Of a stretch of DNA of 64,000 bases, positions 1 to 9,884 are shown one piece after another (position 1 is the stretch's first letter; the number at the start of each line of letters is the position of its first letter). Under the pieces are notes generated by a model. The model saw nothing but the letters and a program-made list of their open reading frames with translations, had not been told where the DNA came from and made no database searches. The DNA is from a virus. Lineage: Duplodnaviria; Caudoviricetes. The stretch is from the IMG/VR virus record IMGVR_UViG_3300028175_000001. The stretch is one strand, 5' to 3'. The translations under genes and the position numbers were made by a program.

Positions 1-654
1 ATTACATTTGTCTAGAAGGCCCGGAATATTATAAATCAGTTTTGACAATGCTATTACAGATTTTGGAAAACCTATATTGTTTGCCAAAACACATATCCAA
101 GTAATCTTTCCATAATGTGGACTATGATGATTTTTCCATGATCCGTTAGTGGGATCTATTAACAATAAAGCATTTAAAACTACATCAGGATCAATTATTT
201 CGTTTGTGATAACATTTGTCGAATCAACGATTGTTTCTATGATTTCAACACGTACTTTTTGTTCAGTGCATCCTTTAAGACATTCACCTGTTTTAGTGTC
301 TTGAGGACAACCCATAGGATTAAGACACTCTTGAACATTTTTTACGCCTTCTGTAATAACTGTTTTACTCTCCCATTCTGGCGTTGGAAGATCAGAAATA
401 ATTTCAGTAACCTTTACCTTAGGAATTACTGCTTTTACAATTACAGGTTTGAAAAGTTGTAATCTTACTTCTTCATTTTCTTGACTAATTACAACCATTT
501 TTTTACCGCCAAGAGTTATGACAGTACCAAATGGCAGTCCTACTTTTTCACTAATTTTATTAACAGGGGTTGTCGCCACAACTGGATAGGGGGCGCAGGA
601 ACTTGAAAATATTGTTACTACGAATGACAATATTATCAGCATAAATTTATACAT
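1..654 (-). CDS. Putative lipoprotein/exported protein, 3'-truncated by the window edge (not in ORF track)
   Basis: Manual translation from ATG at 654 (RBS GAGG upstream) gives MYKFMLIILSFVVTIFSSSCAPYPVV..., open for 218 codons to position 1. It has a hydrophobic N-terminus followed by an imperfect lipobox-like SSSC. Confidence 0.75.
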   Translation of the reverse strand, partial: MYKFMLIILSFVVTIFSSSCAPYPVVATTPVNKISEKVGLPFGTVITLGGKKMVVISQENEEVRLQLFKPVIVKAVIPKVKVTEIISDLPTPEWESKTVITEGVKNVQECLNPMGCPQDTKTGECLKGCTEQKVRVEIIETIVDSTNVITNEIIDPDVVLNALLLIDPTNGSWKNHHSPHYGKITWICVLANNIGFPKSVIALSKLIYNIPGLLDKCN

Positions 655-714
655 ATTACCTCATTTATTTGAGATTAACAAAAAGAGCCAATATAGCTCC
701 ACCATTACACTTAT

Positions 715-743
715 ATTATCTCAAATATAGGAAGGAGAGTCAA
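715..743 (-). promoter_or_regulatory. Sigma70-type (early/middle) promoter
   Basis: Minus strand TTGACT-17 nt-GATAAT with TG extended -10, upstream of the 654 ORF. Confidence 0.65.
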
Positions 744-744
744 G

Positions 745-2193
745 CTAATTAAAGGTAAATTCCGAAAAATCTTTCTTTTTTTTCTTTTTTCTATCGTTTA
801 TTTCAACATCAAATACTGGGGGAGCATCATCTTTTTTAACCCAAGAATCTTTCTTTTTGTTTGGTGCATTTCTTGAAACAAGATCACTTTGAGCAGATTC
901 TTCAAGATCATACAATTTCATTTTTGCTCTATCAATTCCAATCACAAATCTTTTATGTCTGCCAGGGTCACTATAACGATTTTTCAACTGTTTAATTAAA
1001 ATTTGATCGAGTTCTTCCAATTCTTCTGTACTAATCAAAGCAAACATAAAATCCGCAGTTGCTGGCAATCCAAATGATTCAGAAGTATCTTCAAGACCAA
1101 AATCCGTATCCGTAAATCCTGATCTAGTTGTTTGTGTAGCAGAACAGATAGGAAGATTATTTTCAACTGCAAGACCACGAAGTTCCTCTGCAATCGATTT
1201 AACATAATTATACGAATTTACAGAATTACCATACTTCATTCTTGCTGAAGACATAATATTTAAATAATCTACAAATATAATCTCAGGAACAAATTTTCTT
1301 TTTAATTTTAATTCATTCAATAAATTTTTAAAATGGTTTACATTTGCAGAAGCGGGCGGGTATTCCTTGACAATCAATCTACCTGCTGTCGTCTTTTTAA
1401 CCTTTTTCATTTTTTTATCAAACACATCTTTAGGAATATCATGTAAATCATCTATCGTAATATTCATTAAATTGGCATCAATTCTTTCCGCAATTTTTTC
1501 TTCTGCCATTTCAAGAGTAATATATAAAACATTTAAACCCTGAGATATTGAAGCGGCCGCATGATGACACATGAATAACGATTTTCCTACACCTACACCA
1601 GCAAGTGTAATATTCAAGGTTTTTTTAGATAATCCACCATTGGTTATTTTATTGAAATAATCTAAATCAAACCTTACTTTTTCTTCAACCCTATGATAAC
1701 TTTCAAATCGTTCATCCGAGTCTTCAATATAGTCATGACCGATATTAGGATCAAAACAAATTGCAAGAGCATCAGATAAAATTTGGGGTATTACTCCTTT
1801 GTCCTGTTCTGTATCTTTTTGATTATCAATGATATTAATTGATTCAAATACTGCATTATAGATTGCTTTGTCTTGACAAAATTTTTCAGTAGTTTCAAGT
1901 AACCAAGCAGTTTCGGTGTTTTCTTTACTATTGAAAAATTCCGCAACTTTTTTAGAAACAATATCAAATTGTTGTTCAGAAATACTTGTATTATTTCCAA
2001 TCTCTATAATTAGGGCTTCTTGAGTAGGAAGAACATTAAACGCATTTACATATTTTTCTATTTCATTAAAAAGATATCGGTCATTATGTTCTGAAAAATA
2101 TTCTGTTTTTATATATGGTAAAGCTTTTCTGGTATATTCATCATTGAATATCAGGTTCTTCAATATCGTGTCCTCGATCCTCATCATTTCCAT
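745..2193 (-). CDS. 41: T4 gp41-like replicative DnaB-family helicase
   Basis: Walker A LAGVGVGKS, YITLEMAE, IFVDYL and SATQTTRSG motifs; lies downstream of uvsX. Confidence 0.95.
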   Translation of the reverse strand: MEMMRIEDTILKNLIFNDEYTRKALPYIKTEYFSEHNDRYLFNEIEKYVNAFNVLPTQEALIIEIGNNTSISEQQFDIVSKKVAEFFNSKENTETAWLLETTEKFCQDKAIYNAVFESINIIDNQKDTEQDKGVIPQILSDALAICFDPNIGHDYIEDSDERFESYHRVEEKVRFDLDYFNKITNGGLSKKTLNITLAGVGVGKSLFMCHHAAASISQGLNVLYITLEMAEEKIAERIDANLMNITIDDLHDIPKDVFDKKMKKVKKTTAGRLIVKEYPPASANVNHFKNLLNELKLKRKFVPEIIFVDYLNIMSSARMKYGNSVNSYNYVKSIAEELRGLAVENNLPICSATQTTRSGFTDTDFGLEDTSESFGLPATADFMFALISTEELEELDQILIKQLKNRYSDPGRHKRFVIGIDRAKMKLYDLEESAQSDLVSRNAPNKKKDSWVKKDDAPPVFDVEINDRKKKKKKDFSEFTFN

Positions 2194-2503
2194 GTGTATC
2201 TAAATCTATATTTTCTTGAATTACTTCTATTAAAATTTCACCTATTAATTTTTCAAATTCTATACCTTCAGTATCAGCGTATGATTTTTTTCTAATATCT
2301 TCAGGTATTTCTAGTATATCATATTCGAACCGATATTTCAACTCTTCAGCATCTTTCTCTGGGTCTATTAAACCGAATCGATTATACTTATAAATTACAT
2401 TTTTAAATTTACCCGTAGTGATAACAAAAGCGAATTGGTCATCCTCATCATTCTGAGGATTTTTCACCAGTTTGTACCACTTCTTCATCGACTGTTGTTC
2501 CAT
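2141..2503 (-). CDS. Hypothetical protein at the gp40 position (between uvsX and 41)
   Basis: 120-aa ORF overlapping both neighbours; the assignment rests on synteny only. Confidence 0.55.
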   Translation of the reverse strand: MEQQSMKKWYKLVKNPQNDEDDQFAFVITTGKFKNVIYKYNRFGLIDPEKDAEELKYRFEYDILEIPEDIRKKSYADTEGIEFEKLIGEILIEVIQENIDLDTHGNDEDRGHDIEEPDIQ

Positions 2504-3500
2504 ATAAAAATTTCTCCTGACAAAATTTATCTATTTTTAACATTATTTCTTCAGTAAAATGTTTTTCAGGATCTTGCATGATCTGTTTACCGAATAATTT
2601 TATACCACTTGGAAGCTCATATCTCGTTGATACTTTGATGAAAATACCAGCTTCTTCAGCAAGCTCTAACATACCATGCCAACGATCTAATCCCTTATTA
2701 TAAGTAACTAATGCATCAACCATTCTATTTTCCACAGTCAGTCTAGACTTGTGATTTTTACAATGAATGATGTTTCCGATTACTTCGGTACCACTTTTTT
2801 CTTTTCTTTTTGAAAGAAACACAATATTACTTGAAGCATAATATAGACCCGTACCACCCCCCATAATTTGTTGGGGAAACATCACACCGATTTGACTATA
2901 TGTGTGATTTGTAATCAATACAGGAACCTTTGCTTTACTTGCTTTAAGGGTCAACACTCTAAATGCTCCCTTTACAAGTGCGGCTCTTGTCATATCTTTC
3001 GTCTCTTTACCATCAGTAATATCACCAACCTCTTTTGAAGTAGATAACATACCAAGACTATCAAGACATATCATCAAAGGCACTCTATCTGCACTAGCAA
3101 GATGTTTATCAAGAATTGTTGTGACTTGATGAGCAAACTCTTGAATCGTCGCAACTGGTAACATGACCATACGAGAAGTATCTATTTTTCGCTGTTCTAT
3201 CATTTGTTTAGTTATAGCGGATTCGGATTCAAAATAAAGAACTCCTCCCGTAGGATTGTCTTCTAAAAATTGCTTGACAATTCCGAGGACAAAGAAAGTT
3301 TTTCCGGTTGCACTTTCTCCAGCAAATGCTGTGATTTTATTTGAAGCCAACCCCCCGTATATAGTTCCACTAAGTAAAGCATTAAAAGCATAACTGCCAG
3401 TGTCAATGAAAGTTTCAACATCTCCTGCTTCAATTCCGTCAGACACAAATCCAGCATATTCATTACCTATTTCCTTAAGTACTTCTTTCAAAAAACCCAT
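2448..3500 (-). CDS. uvsX: UvsX RecA-like recombinase
   Basis: [10 protein letters not shown] Walker [15 protein letters not shown] and [12 protein letters not shown] motifs. Confidence 0.95.
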   Translation of the reverse strand: MGFLKEVLKEIGNEYAGFVSDGIEAGDVETFIDTGSYAFNALLSGTIYGGLASNKITAFAGESATGKTFFVLGIVKQFLEDNPTGGVLYFESESAITKQMIEQRKIDTSRMVMLPVATIQEFAHQVTTILDKHLASADRVPLMICLDSLGMLSTSKEVGDITDGKETKDMTRAALVKGAFRVLTLKASKAKVPVLITNHTYSQIGVMFPQQIMGGGTGLYYASSNIVFLSKRKEKSGTEVIGNIIHCKNHKSRLTVENRMVDALVTYNKGLDRWHGMLELAEEAGIFIKVSTRYELPSGIKLFGKQIMQDPEKHFTEEIMLKIDKFCQEKFLYGTTVDEEVVQTGEKSSE

Positions 3501-3509
3501 TTCGTCTCC

Positions 3510-6023
3510 TTAAATAAAAAAATCTTCGATTGTACTTGTTTTTTCATGTTCCCACCCAACGCATTTTAATATTGCTTTTAATGGTTCTAAAAAAGATTTT
3601 TCAAATTGCATTTTATAGTTTATATATTGGTGTAATCCAAACTCGGGGGGTAAGATTGTTCCCATACTAATTACAGTATCTCCTACGGGGTTTGGTTCTT
3701 TAAGATAAGAAAATTTAATCTTTTCTCCCTCCTGAATGATTTGATATTTCTTTGTAAGTTTATGTTCTTTTAATAACTTATTGTGTATAATCGTTCCCTT
3801 TACATGTATAGGAGTACCTTTTTTATACGATAATACACTATCACGATATTTCTCAATTCCTCTTACAGACCTGGGAAATGCAATATCTTCTGGAGAAAGC
3901 AAGTCAAATGATTCTTTAAATTCTTCAATAAATTCTTGCATTTGATGTTCAGAGCCATTCATAAGAATATCGAAAGATTGTTTTAATTTATCCCTACAAA
4001 CTGCGGGAGTCGAAGATTTAACTGATTCTAGTCCCATTACTTTTATTTTGGGTTTAGCATATTGTACTCCTTCACTATTATGAACGTTCATGATATAATG
4101 CTTCTTACCGGTCCAAACTGCTTTGTCTGCAAGAACTTCTCTAGACATATTCATTTTTTGTTCAAATGCATTCATATATACATGCAGTTTATTAAATGAA
4201 TCATTTATACAATCTTGTATTTTTGTATCACATACTTTATCTAAAAATTTAATAATTTTTTCTTTATTGGTTGTATCAGTAAAAACAGTTTTAACTAAAT
4301 CATCTAAACAAATATAAATCGAATCTGTATCGGCGGCTATAATATAATCTTTATTTTTTGTTTTTAGAAGAGCGTTCAAATAAAGATTAACGTCATTTTG
4401 AACCCACCTAATAGAAAGTTGTCCACCAGTTGTGATAGCCGTTGCCTGTCTTTCATCATAAAATCTAAAATATTGATTACCCAAAGCACCATAAGCAGAA
4501 TTGAGTTGAATTTTTCTCGCCATCTGCATGTTATTTAATCTTGAAACCTCTTTTATTAAACGTTTTTTTTCTGTTTCATTTTTTTCATTTTCAAGTAATT
4601 GTGATGTTTCAAGCATATCAGTTTTGAATTTCTTTCTTTCAGCATACATTCTCTCCATCATTTCTGGTAAAAATCCTTGATGATCTCTTGTAAAATGAAA
4701 CCCATTAGCTCCTAAACATACATTTTCAGCATTAGCATAATCTGTATCAATTTCTTGGTCTAACAGGTTATCAATTGATAATGATTTTTGAGGAAGTTTT
4801 GTGAGTAATGTTTCTGGAGAAATATTATATTGCATAATTAAATGAGGATATAAACTGTCTAAATCAAAACTAGCAACCCATTCATACATTCCTGGAACGG
4901 GTTCTTTCACATAAGCACCTATATATGGGTCATCTTTTATTGAATTTTTTTTAGGAGGAAGCTGGATGCCTTTATTTCGTAATTCATTATAAATCAACGT
5001 ATCCCACATTCTAACTTGAGTATAAACATCTGTATAGTTCACCTTAGCATCATACGCTAATACAGTAGCCATTTCGATTAGTTTCATTTTATCTTCTAAT
5101 CGGTTCACAAGTTCTACGTCTTTTATATTATATTCTATAAATTTCTGATAGTCTTCTTTCCAAAGATTGTGTAATGAACCATATTCAGAATAGTCTAATT
5201 TTCGTTCATTTAATTCAACATGAGCAATATGATCTAATCTATATGATTCTTGATTTTTATAAGTAAATTTTCGATATAGGTCTAAATAATCAAGAATACC
5301 AACTCCCATAATCTCATATGATTGCTGGGGTTTTGCTCCTCCAAAACCCATTACTGTTCTTTCGCTCACAAAATGCCAAGGAGATAAATCAGAATAAAAA
5401 GATTTATCAAATAATAAATCCATTCTATTCACGAGATATGGTATATCAAAAAATTTAACATTCCAACCAGTAATAATATCTATATCTTGATTAGACCAAA
5501 AAGACATAAATTCGTGAAGCAAATGCACTTCGTTTTTACAATCAAAATATTTAATATCATTTCTATGTACTTTATATTCCCCATAACCAAAAACATAATA
5601 TGTTCCCTTAAAAGAAACAGTAATTGCAGTGACGGGTTCTTGAGCAATTTCAGGATTGGGAAATCCATTTTCTGAACCAGTTTCTATATCAATGTTAGCA
5701 ATTGTTATTTTATTTAAATCGTATTCTACTTGATTGGGAAAATTGTCTGCAATAAAAGTATAATGATAATTGGTATTTCCAAAAATTTGAAAATTATCTA
5801 TACCTTCATATTTTTTTATAAAATTTCTGGCTTCGTTAATACTGCCGCAGTCAATAGGAGCAAGATAATTGCCATCAAGAGTTTTATATTTTGTGGGTTT
5901 TGGAGAGTTAATGAATAGAGCTGGATTATAATCTATTTTTTCTTTGAAATGAGTTCCAGTAGAATCTATTCCTCTACAATAGATTTTACCGCCCCAATTT
6001 TGAACATTTGTATAAAAAGCCAT
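3510..6023 (-). CDS. 43: Family B DNA polymerase (T4 gp43-like)
   Basis: Exo motifs DIET, FDIPY and YNIKD; SFDLDSLYPH, KIQLNSAYGALG and DTDS polymerase motifs; uninterrupted, with no intein or split. Confidence 0.97.
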   Translation of the reverse strand: MAFYTNVQNWGGKIYCRGIDSTGTHFKEKIDYNPALFINSPKPTKYKTLDGNYLAPIDCGSINEARNFIKKYEGIDNFQIFGNTNYHYTFIADNFPNQVEYDLNKITIANIDIETGSENGFPNPEIAQEPVTAITVSFKGTYYVFGYGEYKVHRNDIKYFDCKNEVHLLHEFMSFWSNQDIDIITGWNVKFFDIPYLVNRMDLLFDKSFYSDLSPWHFVSERTVMGFGGAKPQQSYEIMGVGILDYLDLYRKFTYKNQESYRLDHIAHVELNERKLDYSEYGSLHNLWKEDYQKFIEYNIKDVELVNRLEDKMKLIEMATVLAYDAKVNYTDVYTQVRMWDTLIYNELRNKGIQLPPKKNSIKDDPYIGAYVKEPVPGMYEWVASFDLDSLYPHLIMQYNISPETLLTKLPQKSLSIDNLLDQEIDTDYANAENVCLGANGFHFTRDHQGFLPEMMERMYAERKKFKTDMLETSQLLENEKNETEKKRLIKEVSRLNNMQMARKIQLNSAYGALGNQYFRFYDERQATAITTGGQLSIRWVQNDVNLYLNALLKTKNKDYIIAADTDSIYICLDDLVKTVFTDTTNKEKIIKFLDKVCDTKIQDCINDSFNKLHVYMNAFEQKMNMSREVLADKAVWTGKKHYIMNVHNSEGVQYAKPKIKVMGLESVKSSTPAVCRDKLKQSFDILMNGSEHQMQEFIEEFKESFDLLSPEDIAFPRSVRGIEKYRDSVLSYKKGTPIHVKGTIIHNKLLKEHKLTKKYQIIQEGEKIKFSYLKEPNPVGDTVISMGTILPPEFGLHQYINYKMQFEKSFLEPLKAILKCVGWEHEKTSTIEDFFI

Positions 6024-6060
6024 TTGGTGAATTTATAATATCAAGGTTTTGAATATCTTA

Positions 6061-6089
6061 ATAATAACACATTATACTATATTTGTCAA
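6061..6089 (-). promoter_or_regulatory. Sigma70-type promoter for gene 43
   Basis: Minus strand TTGACA-17 nt-TATTAT. Confidence 0.65.
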
Positions 6090-6159
6090 CCCATGCATTC
6101 TACTTACAAAAACAAAATAATATTTCCGAAAAAACAATTTTGATTTAACAAATAAAATT

Positions 6160-6624
6160 TTATGGTTTCCAAGGCAAATATTTACCTTTTGTGTATTTAT
6201 TAATTATTAAAGCGGTTTTGCGATTAGTTCCATCATTTTTATAAGAACAATGAATCCAACCACTATTGGGATCACCTTTTGGATCATAATATTCTAAAAT
6301 TATTTGATCAAAATCTAAATTTTTATAAATCCATGTTGCAACTTCTGCATTAGATATGCTATTAATTTCAAAATCTGCGGCCTGACCTCTTGCGTGTTGA
6401 GATTTTCTAGAACTTCCTATTGCTTCACATAATTTAATTGATCTATATCCAGAATTAATTTTTACTGATTTCCCAAAATGTTCTCTTATGGGTTGCAAAA
6501 TATGATTGCATAAATTTGCTAGATTTATTATTTGTTCTTCACTGGGATCATTATCTATATTTTTTCTAATTGCTGTATCAGAAAAAGTCATTTCTTTAAA
6601 TGAAAAATTTTTGGTGAATATCAT
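6160..6624 (-). CDS. Peptidase M15A (Zn D-Ala-D-Ala peptidase fold), candidate endolysin
   Basis: SGYRS, SQHARGQAADF and WIHCSY motifs. Confidence 0.85.
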   Translation of the reverse strand: MIFTKNFSFKEMTFSDTAIRKNIDNDPSEEQIINLANLCNHILQPIREHFGKSVKINSGYRSIKLCEAIGSSRKSQHARGQAADFEINSISNAEVATWIYKNLDFDQIILEYYDPKGDPNSGWIHCSYKNDGTNRKTALIINKYTKGKYLPWKP

Positions 6625-6634
6625 TTTATCCTAA

Positions 6635-6662
6635 AAAATGGAGGCCATATGGCCTCCATTTT
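6635..6662 (-). terminator. Intrinsic terminator after hsp20
   Basis: Perfect inverted repeat AAAATGGAGGCC-atat-GGCCTCCATTTT followed by a U-run on the minus strand. Confidence 0.8.
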
Positions 6663-6686
6663 ATCATTAACTGAGTTGTATTTGAT

Positions 6687-7157
6687 TTATACAACTTTAT
6701 GATCAACTACTTTAACACCATCATCGATAATGGTAATTTTACGAGGTCTTTTTTCTTCAGGAATAATTCGCTTTAAGTTAATTTTAAGCAAGCCGTTGAA
6801 TAAATCCGCACCCGATACAACGACATCATCAGCGATATTAAATTTTCGAACAAAGACTCGTTTGGCGATTCCATGATGTAGATAACTTTCATCACTTTCA
6901 TCTTTTTGCGGCACTGATTTTATTGTAAGAGTGCCCTCTGTCAGTTCTAAATCTAGATCGTCTTTCGTAAATCCTGCTAAGGCAAGTTCGATTACGTAAT
7001 CGCAATCAGTCACTTTTCGAATGTTATAAGGGGGATAAGTGCCTGAACCACCCGAATTATAAGCATTATCAAATAGACGATTAAAAAAAGAGTCAAACCC
7101 TACTGAGGTCGAAAGTTGGCGATTGAGGTCTTCTATAGTTTTTGGTACTAAATACAT
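6687..7157 (-). CDS. hsp20: Small heat shock protein (Hsp20/IbpA family)
   Basis: YPPYNI, IELALAGF, YLHHGIAKR and NGLLKI motifs; start chosen at ATG 7157 after the AGGAG RBS. Confidence 0.93.
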   Translation of the reverse strand: MYLVPKTIEDLNRQLSTSVGFDSFFNRLFDNAYNSGGSGTYPPYNIRKVTDCDYVIELALAGFTKDDLDLELTEGTLTIKSVPQKDESDESYLHHGIAKRVFVRKFNIADDVVVSGADLFNGLLKINLKRIIPEEKRPRKITIIDDGVKVVDHKVV

Positions 7158-7261
7158 ATTATCTCCTGTATTATTAGCGAGATTAATTATTTTCCTCTGC
7201 AAGGGCCAGAGGATGTTGCTACATGCAACGGATGAGATGCAAATGCACTCTCATAAGATCT

Positions 7262-7290
7262 ATTATACTACTATATATGCAATTTGTCAA
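7262..7290 (-). promoter_or_regulatory. Consensus sigma70 promoter for hsp20
   Basis: Minus strand TTGACA-17 nt-TATAAT, a perfect consensus. Confidence 0.8.
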
Positions 7291-7817
7291 GTTCCTGTAG
7301 ACCCAAATCCACCTTCTCTATCGGTTTTTTGATTTGGTCTGTTATTTAGGAAATCAATTTTAAAATTTTCTAATTTACGCAATTCAGCTTGTGCAATTCT
7401 ATCACCATGGGTTATTTGAATAGGGTCATATGATACATTTATCATAATACAATTACATTCTTCCACAAAATCTTCATCAATAATTCCAACATTATTTGCA
7501 GTAATTAAACCCTTTTTCAATGCATTGCCTGAACGTGGATGAATTTTAATATAATGGTCTTTCGGAATATCAAAAATTATTCCTGTAGGAATTAAATATC
7601 TCCAGCCAGGAGACATGAGTAAACAATTATTTTTTATAAAAATTTCTTTTTTAGTATTATATGGATCGTATGCTAATATTTTTGTAAATGAATTGAAATA
7701 TGCCTTTAAATCAAAACATGCAGATTTTTTTGTGGCCAATGTTGGCAGTTCAACATCATCATGCAAACAAAAAATTCCTAATTTTTGTTGTAATGCAACC
7801 GCTGTTGATTCATTCAT
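7287..7817 (-). CDS. dut: Trimeric dUTPase
   Basis: SACFDL, IHPRSG, GIIDEDF, GDRIAQ and C-terminal REGGFGSTG motifs. Confidence 0.92.
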   Translation of the reverse strand: MNESTAVALQQKLGIFCLHDDVELPTLATKKSACFDLKAYFNSFTKILAYDPYNTKKEIFIKNNCLLMSPGWRYLIPTGIIFDIPKDHYIKIHPRSGNALKKGLITANNVGIIDEDFVEECNCIMINVSYDPIQITHGDRIAQAELRKLENFKIDFLNNRPNQKTDREGGFGSTGT

Positions 7818-8215
7818 TATGATTTTTTGCCTATATTATATTTTGGAATCAAAGACCATTCTTTTTTTTCTGAAAAAGACAAAATCTTTAATTGATTTAG
7901 GGGTAAAATTGGATCTGTTGTTTTGTTTACATCAACTAATTTAATTAAATTCCATTCTTCTAACCTATTTGATATTGTATTTCTTCTAGCAATATCTGTA
8001 TCTGAAAAATTATAAGGTTTACCATCAAGAGCAAATAATTCTTTAAAATGTACTATGTAATATTTGCCCTGTTTGTGTAAAATGTGACAAGATTGATAAA
8101 GAGTTTTTTCTTTTCTACTAGCAACACCAATACGAGTTAGTGTTTCTTTTACTTTTAGAAAATCATCAGGTTCTTTTAACGTAATCTCTACCATTTCGCC
8201 GATATCATACATCAT
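7817..8215 (-). CDS. regA: RegA translational repressor
   Basis: DDFLKVKETLTRIG, CHILHKQGKYYIVHFKELFALDG; follows gp62. Confidence 0.95.
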   Translation of the reverse strand: MMYDIGEMVEITLKEPDDFLKVKETLTRIGVASRKEKTLYQSCHILHKQGKYYIVHFKELFALDGKPYNFSDTDIARRNTISNRLEEWNLIKLVDVNKTTDPILPLNQLKILSFSEKKEWSLIPKYNIGKKS

Positions 8216-8604
8216 TTATTTCCTTCGCCACCTGTATTTAATTTTTCTTTGATCAGATCGAGATCTTTCACGGAATGCAAATGTAAAACTTCTTTAGCTC
8301 TTTGTACATTATATCCATAATATTTTACGATCATTTTAATATTTTCATTTTCTTGGGATTTTATCCACTTAGGAAAACGTTTGTTTCGTCTGACTGTATT
8401 TATTAAATAATCAAATTGAAGTTTCTTATCAGTATTAGGTCGAATATTCATTTCATTCGCATAAAGGACTGTATCCATTGTATAAGATAGTCCCTTATTG
8501 ACAATGAAAGGCAAATATTGTTTTTCAACCTGATGGTCAGTATCACCGATCATCAGATTTTTTTTACCGTAATTAATATCGTTTAAAAAATCAAAAGGAG
8601 TCAT
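8212..8604 (-). CDS. 62: Clamp loader small subunit (gp62)
   Basis: PFDFLNDINYGK, YLPFIVNKGLS and YYGYN motifs; upstream of regA. Confidence 0.9.
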   Translation of the reverse strand: MTPFDFLNDINYGKKNLMIGDTDHQVEKQYLPFIVNKGLSYTMDTVLYANEMNIRPNTDKKLQFDYLINTVRRNKRFPKWIKSQENENIKMIVKYYGYNVQRAKEVLHLHSVKDLDLIKEKLNTGGEGNK

Positions 8605-8621
8605 TTTTATTTTAATTAAGA

Positions 8622-9686
8622 TTATTCTCGTATTGAGGCATACATTACATCTGCATTAATAAAGAGTCTTTTTAAAAGAACATTCACAATTAGAAATCTT
8701 CGTTTTCTCACAATCGTTAATGCGACCGTCTCTCCTATATTATATTTGTATATTTCATTTGAAAACTGTAATCCAGTATTAATAATTACACCATTAATTC
8801 CAATAATGGTATCAAATTTATTTAAGTCCGGCGGAAAACTGTCATTAGGCAATACGAATACCCCAAACGTATTCGGAACGAATTCTGGGTCAATTTCAGG
8901 AAATTTTGTTATAATTTTTTCTCTTTGTTTTTTCAGATTTAATGGTACAACCATAACACCAATTGCTGGTCTATCGACTTTTCCAAACATTAACATAGAA
9001 TTTAAAGACGTTTTTACAATATCGCTTCTAATCGCTAAACCAATTCCTGCATTTTCAGAGATTGTAGAAACGATTAACGTATTGATTCCTACAATTTCTC
9101 CTTTCATATTCAGAAGAGGGCCTCCAGAATTTCCTTTATTGATCGCGGAATCAGTCTGTATCGCTTTGATAAAAGGATGTCCTACAAATCGGTCAATGCT
9201 AGAAACAATTCCTTTGGTTACAGACCAAATCATTCCCATAGGATGGCCTATGGCGAAAACATCAGCACCTACTGATATTGCATTGGTGTCTTTTACAAAT
9301 TCAAGATAAGGAATCGGTTCTTTTTTTCCTATAATTTTAAGTAAAGCTAAATCAGCAAGGGGATCAACACCTATTATCTTTATTTCATACTCTCTCCAAT
9401 CAGTTTGCTCGTGATAATATAATTTTATATAATTTTGTTTGTAAATACAATGAAAATTAGTAATAACATGACCTATATTATCAACAACTGTTCCAGTACA
9501 TAAACCAGTACGTGATGCGTTCGTTTCTGGGTCTGCATTAGGATTCGTAGATAACAATACTACTGATTGGTTTGCTTTTTTAATAACATTTTCAAATGAT
9601 CCGTTTTCTTGTGCTGATATGTTAAACTTGACACCTATAAACATAATAAATAAACATATCAAGATATTATACTTGATATTTTTCAT
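8622..9686 (-). CDS. HtrA/DegP-like trypsin serine protease with signal peptide and C-terminal PDZ-like domain
   Basis: Triad motifs TNFHC, ADLALL and GNSGGPL; IQTDSAIN; hydrophobic N-terminus. Confidence 0.9.
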   Translation of the reverse strand: MKNIKYNILICLFIMFIGVKFNISAQENGSFENVIKKANQSVVLLSTNPNADPETNASRTGLCTGTVVDNIGHVITNFHCIYKQNYIKLYYHEQTDWREYEIKIIGVDPLADLALLKIIGKKEPIPYLEFVKDTNAISVGADVFAIGHPMGMIWSVTKGIVSSIDRFVGHPFIKAIQTDSAINKGNSGGPLLNMKGEIVGINTLIVSTISENAGIGLAIRSDIVKTSLNSMLMFGKVDRPAIGVMVVPLNLKKQREKIITKFPEIDPEFVPNTFGVFVLPNDSFPPDLNKFDTIIGINGVIINTGLQFSNEIYKYNIGETVALTIVRKRRFLIVNVLLKRLFINADVMYASIRE

Positions 9687-9689
9687 GCT

Positions 9690-9884
9690 TTATCCTTGAA
9701 AAATTGACGTGATTTTCTCTTTCGATTCTTCTTGTTGTACTTTGTCTTTATTATTTATTGATTTGTTTAGTTTAGAAGGAAAAAAAGAGGGTAACGTTTT
9801 TTCTGAGGTAACACATTTTAATTCATTGACTGAAAAAAGATTTTCTGCCCAAGTATCATTAAACTGAAATGTATAACATTTTTT
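9690..9884 (-). pseudogene. Start-less 64-codon open frame directly after the gp44 stop (remnant or readthrough extension)
   Basis: Manual translation KKCYTFQFNDTWAENLFSVNELKCVTSEKTLPSFFPSKLNKSINNKDKVQQEESKEKITSIFQG*. It has no in-frame ATG/GTG/TTG and fills the whole gp44-HtrA gap. Confidence 0.4.

Noticed and set aside
3510-6023. Intein, intron or split in DNA polymerase
   Set aside because: The single 837-aa ORF has all motifs at normal spacing.
8746-9309. 187-aa plus-strand ORF and other antisense ORFs (e.g. 259-462, 7615-7944, 13850-14122, 15807-16139)
   Set aside because: They lie mostly antisense to well-supported genes and show no recognisable motifs.
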